The position numbers were made by a program, and so were the translations under genes. Source: Octopus bimaculoides (lineage: Eukaryota). From it: a stretch of 64,000 nt of DNA. The notes below the pieces were generated by a model that saw only the letters and a program-made list of their open reading frames with translations, was not told where the DNA came from and ran no database searches. The stretch lies in assembly GCF_001194135.2 (NCBI RefSeq), contig NC_068994.1:36707995-36771994 (forward strand), read 5' to 3'. Below, piece by piece: positions 54,731-64,000 of this stretch. Numbering within the stretch: the first letter of the stretch is position 1; the number at the start of each line of letters is the position of its first letter.

Positions 54731-55409
54731 ATAGGATGGTCAATTACTACTGAAAATATTATTTTTTTTGATCATTACTGATGTTTTGCCATAAAAAATG
54801 TATATTTACAGAAATATAAATGTGTACATTTGCAGAAAGAAATGCTCTTCAAAATCATTGGTTAAAAAAAGGATGGAACTGTATTGAAAGAAAACCATTA
54901 GACTCTATATTGTAGTGGTTCTCAATCTTTTTTGACTCTCTGGCATGCTGGAGGTCAGAAGAAAAGAAGAAAAACGAAATGATTACTGGCATGCCTCACA
55001 TAGAATGTATCGAAAAAAATGTAATTTTAAGGTAAAGATTTAGAAAAGATATGTTGAAAACCATTGCTTCTTTATTCCTACTTGAGTATAAAAGTTATGA
55101 ATAACACATTTTTGAAAGTGCTAAGGTATTACAATAGATTTTTGATTTGCCTTAAAAGGCATTTTTAAAATTCCACAACACAGTTGTTTGTAACATTGCT
55201 CTATTCAAGAACCACTGCTATAAGAATTTGAACTAAATTGAAACACCTTAAGTTATTTTTTTATTTAGATAAACTTAAGTAATGTATAAGCTTGACAAAA
55301 AAAACAAAAAAACAATTGGTTTGTAGATCACTCTTTACTCTTTTTCTAATTTTTAAGTCATTGGAATGTGGTTATGATGGGGAAAATACCACTGTATAAT
55401 GTTATTAAT

Positions 55410-55595
55410 AATTCTTTCTACTACAGGCAAAAGGCCTGAAATTCTGAGGGAGGGGGCTAGTTGATTACACTGACTCCAGTGCTCAACTGGTACTTATATC
55501 ATCAGCTCCGATAGGATGGAAGACAAAGTCAACTATGGCAGAATTTGAACTCTGTATGTAAAGACAGCATACTAATGATGCTTCCAACTTGTTTT

Positions 55596-55629
<34 letters not shown>

Positions 55630-55852
55630 TTAAAAATCCTTTCTACTATAGGCAAAAGGCCTGAAATTTTGAGGGAGGTGAATAGTCGATTACATTGACC
55701 CCAGTGCATAACTGGTATTTAGTTTATCAACCCCGAAAGGATGAAAGGCAAAGTCAACCTCGGCGGAATTTGAACTCAGAATGTAGCAGCAGACAAAATG
55801 CCACTAAGCATTTCACCTGGTGTGCTAGCGATTCTGCCAGCTCACCACCGTC
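55410..55852 (-). mobile_element. Two tandem family B SINEs separated by (AAT)n
   Basis: Two copies of ttctact.aggcaaaaggcctgaa...gaatttgaactc. Confidence 0.8.
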
Positions 55853-55883
<31 letters not shown>

Positions 55884-55924
55884 TAATAATAATAATAATA
55901 ATAATAACAATAGTAATAATAAAT

Positions 55925-56465
55925 GCCTTGATGCAGTACTAAGCACTGGTTTTCATGGCTTTTGATCTTAATTGATTGGAAGTGTTATCATATACATTGT
56001 TTTGTCTTGGTTTAAAAGATGGGCTACAGCAAATATTTTGTTCAATACCACAGATTTGCTTGTCAGTTGTTTGACCTTAACCAGTTGAGCATGTCTCTTA
56101 GTGGCTGATATGTGCATTACTGAAGTAGTTGGGGAGCATCATAGCCATATGTTGAGAGGAATTCTTTGGGGTTTGGATAATTCACCTTTGGAAACATGGT
56201 TGTTTCATTCAACATCCTTAAATCACCCCTATTCAAGGACCTTTTGAGCAGGAAGGGCTACTCGACCTGAAGAAAATTCTAACTTGGCCCCACCTGCAAG
56301 GTCATGCACTGTTTATCCTAATATGAGATCACCATGTTGTGCACATATGGTTGTGATGCATGTGCCTGGTATAACCTTATCAGAGAGGTAGCCATGATGG
56401 GTATACTGGGCTTTGTATATTTTACCCCAGTGTCACTTTGATGGCATACACTGCTCTCTCACTCA
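55925..56465. repeat. Unclassified ~540-bp element bracketed by (AAT)n on both sides
   Basis: More GC-rich block between two (AAT)n tracts; single copy in this window, so family identity rests on memory only. Confidence 0.35.
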
Positions 56466-56679
56466 ATAATAATAATAATAATAACAATACTTTAATTAAG
56501 ATTCTGTTGAATTAGGTACTTAAATTGACGCACCTTCCTAGGTTGGTATAATCTGCACACCTAAATGATATTAATTGAATATTGAATATCAAGAAAGATT
56601 CCATGCAGAGGTGTTTGTACTTGATATTCCTGCTATGTGTGCAGACAACGCAACCCCCTGTTTGTATATTTTGAGATAA

Positions 56680-56699
56680 ATAGATAGATAGATAGAGCG

Positions 56700-56730
<31 letters not shown>

Positions 56731-56820
56731 GATAGACAGACAGACAAAGAGACGGACAGATAGATAGATAGATAGATGAATAGATAGATAAATTGACAGA
56801 CAGACAGATAGATAGATATA
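56680..56820. repeat. (GATA)n/(GACA)n microsatellite
   Basis: Directly visible. Confidence 0.95.
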
Positions 56821-57606
56821 TGTATTGGAACATATGTAGAGGAGTTATGTCAGTGATTAGATGAGAGAAGTACAATGAAACCTTTAGATACTTCAGTACT
56901 TTATAGTGGAGAGAGAGGAAGACATACCACTCTCTCTCATTGTGTGTGTTTATATATATATGATATATGGATGGATGGATAGATTGCTGGGTGTATCTAT
57001 GTAATATCTATGTACGTTTGTATACTTGTATACATTTACATACTTACACAATGGACTTCAACACAATTTCTGCAACTAAAATTTCACTTGTAAAATGTTG
57101 GTTACCCTGACGTTATACTAGAAAGCTTTTTAGTCAAGGTTCTTATACAGTGGTTGAACTTGCAACCACGCAGTTATAAACTACTTAGACATACTGTTTT
57201 ATCGCCATCCACATATCATTCTACTTTCTGTTTCTTCCTAAAAGCTTATGATAACCAATAGATATATTAACCTTTAAAGATATTCAGTTTATGGAAATCT
57301 GTTTAGATCAGAATACAATAACATCATAGGTTGTTTTCTGGGTTGTGGATGTTTAAGTAATTCCTACAGTTGCTAAATGAATTAGAAGTAATTACATCAT
57401 TCTGTGTATTACAGAATAACTGTAAGATTATAACAGTATTGTTCCACTGATTTAAATGATAGATAAATTCTTAAAATACATTTTATACCTCAATTAAATC
57501 TCAGTACAAAACACTTAATGAAATGATATTGATAATGCTTAATTCATTTCCTGTGAAGGTCATCTTAAATTTTCTTTTTTGAAATTTATTCCTTAGATGT
57601 TGCTGC

Positions 57607-57643
<37 letters not shown>

Positions 57644-58110
57644 GTCATCAAACACTTATACAGGTTCTCTGTATGTTTTCAGCATAAATATATCATGTAT
57701 AAAAACGAACAATAACTCTTAAATTAAATCACATTTTAAAATGGTTTCTTCTCATCTATCAAAAACTGTATATTTTGAATGTTTTTCATTAAAAGAATTT
57801 ATTGATAGTGATGGGTAAAAATTCAGTTATTAAGACAATAGATCATAAGAGAACTGGATTTGAGTTCTTTAAAAACATTACCAGAACAAATCTGTCAAAA
57901 GTCATTACTTTTAATATCAGAGTAATACAGAATAGGTTTTCGAAATGGAAATTTAACTTCAACATCAGAAATGGAATTAAAACTAACATTTGCTTAGAAT
58001 GGAAAATAATCCTTTGCTCTCTTTCTCTCTCTCTCTTGCTCACACACACACACATACATGCACACTTGTATGTAATATGTATGGATATGTGTATGTATGC
58101 GTATATATAT

Positions 58111-58405
58111 NNNNNNNNNNNNNNNNNNNNNNNNNNNNNNNNNNNNNNNNNNNNNNNNNNNNNNNNNNNNNNNNNNNNNNNNNNNNNNNNNNNNNNNNNN
58201 NNNNNNNNNNNNNNNNNNNNNNNNNNNNNNNNNNNNNNNNNNNNNNNNNNNNNNNNNNNNNNNNNNNNNNNNNNNNNNNNNNNNNNNNNNNNNNNNNNNN
58301 NNNNNNNNNNNNNNNNNNNNNNNNNNNNNNNNNNNNNNNNNNNNNNNNNNNNNNNNNNNNNNNNNNNNNNNNNNNNNNNNNNNNNNNNNNNNNNNNNNNN
58401 NNNNN
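58111..58405. other. Largest assembly gap (other N runs: 10035-10174, 13415-13460, 32839-32897, 36132-36225, 48426-48525, 50950-51020)
   Basis: N runs, nearly all flanked by microsatellites. Confidence 1.
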
Positions 58406-58956
58406 TATCAATGTAAAGACAGAATCATACACAAGAAAGAATCAACAAGGAGAATCTTTTTATAGAGAAATTCCAAACACTTCTTAACATACAAACTCTT
58501 TGGTAACCATATTCCTTTCTCTCACCTACCCATTGAAATACATATAAATTTACTTCTTGTCTCTCTAAGAACAGACATAAACTTCCTGTTGACAAAGAGT
58601 CCAGAACTCCAACTAAAGAGTATAAAACCCACAAAATTGTCTTCCCTTACACACACTTCCTGTTTAACCCAAACTCTCAGCCTTTTTTAAACACAACACG
58701 ATTCTTAATTCCATGCATCCTAATCTATCTAACAATTGTCTACATGGATTACCATTGAACTTTTTAAACTCAAAGACAATATAATGTATTGGTATATTTA
58801 TTTTTTTATATATTTTTTTATATTTTTGTAAAAAACATTATTTTCGTTTCCTTTCTTCTTGAAAATTTGCCATGCAATGAACGCCGGTTAGAAATCCTTT
58901 TTAATCCTCCTTATGCACATCTATATTAAAATATGCTTTCAGTTTAGCATTCTGCC

Positions 58957-58990
<34 letters not shown>

Positions 58991-59048
58991 TTTCCTATTA
59001 TTTCTCCATGTGCGGTTAACACAACTCCACCATTTACTGACTTATATT

Positions 59049-59082
<34 letters not shown>

Positions 59083-60759
59083 CACAAATACACATACATG
59101 TGTGTCTGTGTACAGTATATATATGTGTGTGTATATACATATACAAACAATCCATCCCTCACCAAAAACAAAAAAACAATCACAGCAGGTGTCACTCATG
59201 AGCAAGACTAACATAGTAGCATGTACCTTGCTTTCACTAATGGTTTTAGGTTCATTTATGGTTACATGAAAATGCAGACACACTCTTGACTCTCTAAGAC
59301 TTGACAGAGTGAAACATCCAGGATATGACTGTTGTGCTGTGGTGGCACTTTATTTATTGACCCTGAAAAGATAAAAGTTAAAGTTGACCTTGGTAGAATT
59401 TGAACTGACGTTGTAGCGAGTGGGAACAAAAGCTACAGCACATTCTATCTGATGCTGCGGTTATTTTTTCTATCTTTCTAATTTTTGGCTCAAGGGCAGC
59501 AATTTTGAGGGGACACAGTAAGTCAATTACATTAACCCCACTGTGCTCAACTGATACGTATTTTATTAACATGGAAAGGAATGAAAGGTGAAGTCAACCT
59601 AAGCAGCATTTGAACTCAGAATGTAAGGCTGGAAGAAATGTTGCTAAGCATTTTATCTAGTGTTGTAATGATTCTACTAGCTTACCATCTTATCAGATAC
59701 TTGTAATAACAACTCTGTTAATCAGCCACCCTTAATCCCTGACTAACTGTATAGAGATAAGGGCATTAACAATATGGAGATTGTCAGAGAGATTATGGCA
59801 TAACTGTAATTACACCAATTGAAAAGGTGCACGTTTGAGTCCCACTGCATTCTCACATTTTATTCTGATTCATGTTTCTTTTGTTTATCTGTCCAAATAC
59901 TATGTTATAAATGCCAATGTATAGTTGCTGTTTCGTCCTAGTGCAACAATCACTAAAAAAAAAAAATGAAGTTTAAATTCCATTGTATAAGTTATATTTC
60001 ATGGAGATCCTAGTGGGAACCAGTAAAAAATACTTATAAATTCTTACTCAAGAAGAAAGTACTTAATTATCATTCTATTCTTTGAAGTACTTCAAATGCT
60101 AAGCTTTACTATCTTTCAGTTGCAAAGGAATCTCTTATGGCAACCTTACTTTTATTTCAGTTCAAATCTTCTTTCAAATTTTGTGGCTCCTTTAATCAAA
60201 ACTGACTGCAAGTGATGATCATTTGCCCCTCACATATAAATGGATTTTAAATACACCTTTTTTGCAGGTACATGCCACTGTACCAGCAAACTTCATACCA
60301 CCCTTGTTTCTTTTTGTCTTGTAACCTCTATTCTGCCTCACTCTTCTCTCTTAGATCCTGTACTAAACTTTTTCCCCAAAAGTTTTCATTAAGTTGCAAC
60401 CATGTGAAATGAAGGGGGCATTTATAAAATGCTCTTTCCCCATGCTTTTCAACAAAAAGGAAAAAGATATTATCTTAATCAAACAGGAACTAATTTTGTG
60501 CAGTTCATTATTATTCATACTTGCTTATACTATTTCACCCAGTATGTGCCTCTTTTTTTTCAATAATTGCATGTTAAGTTTGTATGAGAAATACTACAGT
60601 GAAGACCTTTATAACGAAATGGACTTTCACACATTATTAGTCATGTTTCTACTCATAAATGATGCAATGTCCTATTCATATTTTAATCATAACTAAGAGT
60701 ATTTTTAAAAACTTGTTTAAAATTAAAGCCATGTACCTGGTATAAATATTTTATTTGTA

Positions 60760-61380
60760 AGAAGAATTATGAACCCCTCGAAATACCAAGCACACTCCTA
60801 GCACCACCTTGACAATAGCTGCCCACTTTCAGTGGGTAAAATCTACTGCTCAGATTAAGAAGCACTAATTAAGAACACATCTTGTCATCATTACTATTTC
60901 CTACAGAAATTGAGCTACATAATTTCAAACTAAACATTACATAAACATATATATCTCTCCCCACCCCCCTATCTGTCTACCGATACATTCTCAAATTTTC
61001 GTTCACACCACAAGATCCTTTCGAATGAGCAACACAGAATCTATGGCTCTATACTTTCAAATGACTAAACATGAACTACTATTGGAACTTACACACCATG
61101 TACAGGAAACGTTTTTAACACTTCTATACACCACTTTCCTCGATTAATGGAACTGCAGCTACATTATCTTTATATATTTTATATTTTCATTTCTACTTTC
61201 ATTCTCTTATTTCCCTCTATATTCCCTATTTCCTCTTTTTCCCTAATAATTCCTTATTTTGAGCTCAAATATTTACCTCTATTTAACCATCTCACATTGT
61301 CTCTGATGAAGAGATATCCATAACATCCCCAAAACAACTGTAAGACTATATATCTTTTCCCTTATAAATGTCCTGAAAAC
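60760..61380 (+). mobile_element. Penelope-like pLTR relic with a degenerate hammerhead
   Basis: gtct-CTGATGA...cccc-AAAA-caactg-TA-agac at 61298-61347, following a pyrimidine-rich tract. Confidence 0.4.
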
Positions 61381-61830
61381 TCCTCACAGCTTTAGGTTTC
61401 TTATCTCATATATATGTGTGTGTGTGTGTGTGCAGTTTATTTCCGTTAGACAGCAAGGATATTTAATTCAGTTTTATCTTCAGTAAATCTAAATTTTGCA
61501 ACCTCTATATGTAAGTAGAAATAAAAGTTTGAAAAAATCAGAGTTATTTAAGAAATCACTATTAATATTCTGCTAAGATATTTCTAAGGGTTAACAAATA
61601 TATTAGTTTTAAGTAGAACATGCTTAAATAGTTATGGAAGTTTATTGCAGGCTATCAGATTTAGAATATTCTGTTTAGTGTTATTTAATTCGTGCAAACA
61701 TGGCAGACAAAATGGAAATAATGATTTGTTGTAAAAAGCAAAAAGGCAGCAGGAAGATGAAAAATATCTCACTAGTTGAATTTATACACACATGTATATA
61801 CATGTGTGTGTATATATTTGTGTGTGTGTG

Positions 61831-61888
<58 letters not shown>

Positions 61889-64000
61889 AAATCTTATTTT
61901 AACTATAAAAGTAGTGATAAAAATAGCTGCAGACTATCATTAGGTAAGTTATTTATAAGAATTCATGTGTTAACTTCTAGCTTCTTGTGTTAATAACTAT
62001 AATTTCTCTTAAAGGCATTAATAATGCATTTAACATCACATTTATTTTTAAGTTAACTGACAGTCAACACATATGATCTGTATGTATGTGTTGCTCAAAC
62101 TGTCTTCAAAATATCCATCATTTGAAGACTGAATATAGATTAGTTATTATAGGCTGCATTGATTGGATTATCAACGTCAGTTTTTGTGTTTCTATTCACA
62201 CTACATTTTGACTAGTAAAGTCTCTACCTATTTTCGGGTGCCATAGTTTTACCACATATGCATGCTTATAGATGAATTTGAACTACAAAAATTTTTCATT
62301 TGTAATATATGGTCTTTGTGCACTTAACTATTTGAAGCTATTATCTAAAAGTATTGAGTTATTAATCATTTTGTAACAGAAGGATCTTGCTAACTGAATA
62401 ATTGAAATATTATATATTATCTTGAAGGTTCAAAATTATACAGTAAATATTTACAAATATTGTTGTTGGTTGTGGTGGTGTTTTGTCCACAAGTCAGTCC
62501 TGATTGAGCAGATCTAGCATCAGAAGATGAAGATTCATGGCCTAATGGCAAGACTATTGGATGAATGATCATTAGGTTGTAGGCTCAATTCTTGGACTAA
62601 GTGGTATGTTGTGTCCTTGGACAAAGCACTTCATTTTACTTCACTCCAGTCCATTCAGCTAAAAATGAGTTATGTCTTCTTTAGAGTGGCAACTTGCAGA
62701 CTTTTAGACTAAATTCTTGTGATTGCAAAATGTCAGCAGCTCTTTATGGCTACAACACACTAGATGATGATAATTATCAAAAGCATTCAAGCCATGATCA
62801 TCTTGTCTTTTGTTCTTCAGGAATAATGTGCATTAGACCACGTTTATTCAGTGTGCCTGACTCTTAATTATTAAGCCCTATTGGAACCATATCTTTAAGA
62901 ATTTCTAATATCATCATGAGGAATTTTTAAAAATAACCATTTTTTTCAATTGCTGGTGTAGGAAACACATTCTTACATAAAATCATAATAGGAAAATTCA
63001 GTTCATATATGAATACTTTAGAACAAGCAGTTCTCTATCTTTGAAGCCAGGTGACCTCAAAAAGATTGGTGTAAGAAAAGAAGTGTGGTTTGGGGGAGAT
63101 TTGGTTATCATTTCTATTAGGATGAACGACCAAATGGAAACCTCTTTAAGTAGCATTACTAACCAACTTCAGTAGTACTTAGCAAGTTTTGGTTCCATTT
63201 GTATATGTAAAATGGAACTATCCATTGAGGGTTAAAAGACTGGGGATGCTGTCACAGTCATGCCGTCTGTGATTGTGTTGGAGACGTAAACAAAGTAAAA
63301 TTTCAAATGGGAATTAAAATCAGCTTATAGCTATATATTTAAATCAAGCTTATCTCTATCATACTACATTCAAGAGTATTTGACCAATACAAAACTAGTT
63401 AGTAATCTGAGATTAAATATAGATTCATGTAAATTCTGCTATGTTTTAATGCAATACATATTAAACAGTTTGTTTCACTAAAGCTAGTTGGTTAACAATT
63501 CCACTTCACATTTGAATATTTGGTATCAAAATGAAAATATAACATAAAAAGTCTCCTGTAATGTTTACAAATATGTATACTTGTAAAAATAGATCCAACT
63601 CAAGTTCAAAATCAAAACATCTACATTGAAAGATAAAATAAAAGCTATTCTAATATCAATCACCTTTTAATGATTTCATTATATTTGTTATTTTGGAATA
63701 AACTATATTATATATACTTATATCAGTAATTTTTTTTTTTTCTATAGATTACATTTTTATATCAAGAAGTTGTTTTGGAAGCCACATAAAGTTCACTGGT
63801 TTGCTAAAATCACTGATGAGTCTAGTGAAAAACCGCATTAGTCCTGCTTGTTCTGGTATATAATCCAGCTCTTCATTGAATAGATTACTATGATGCCTCT
63901 AATTTAAATTCACTGAGTGACTCAGCTTCGTTTTTAGCCTCCTATTATTTCCATCTCAGTGATTCAAGAATTAGTTTCTGTCCAACGATGTGATGCTGCA

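Noticed and set aside
57760-58020. Open frames left of the large gap, considered as cadherin remnants
   Set aside because: No DxNDN, LDRE or AxDxG motifs in any frame.
4111-61993. Many ORFs rich in YI, HT, CV, NNN or X runs
   Set aside because: Translations of microsatellites and N gaps.
63745-64000. Acceptor-like site and coding-like text (IPEQAGLM on minus) at the window end
   Set aside because: Stops in all frames; too short to assign, at best an RT relic.

Overview
AT-rich, gapped eukaryotic DNA dense in microsatellites and transposons. The SINE families and a protocadherin C-terminal motif point to a coleoid cephalopod, most likely Octopus (recognised from memory, no search run). The only host-gene coding sequence I can support is three minus-strand exons at the left end (3328-3282, 2079-1929, 266-1; stop TAA at 3-1). 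They splice in frame into a cytoplasmic tail resembling octopus protocadherins (SDSDSGHGWSE...HYETLP; PEPWNLPIKNSF...KPLPSVPK). No cadherin-repeat/TM exon is visible in the ~60 kb upstream. The rest is intron-like or intergenic and holds tRNA-type SINEs, RTE, R4/Dong-like and CR1-like LINE relics, mariner/Tc1/maT and hAT elements, and Penelope-derived pieces. One Penelope-derived piece is a 365-bp palindrome carrying two minimal hammerhead ribozyme cores. Several long foldback hairpins cluster at 47-49.4 kb. Almost all ORFs in the supplied track are microsatellite or transposon artefacts.
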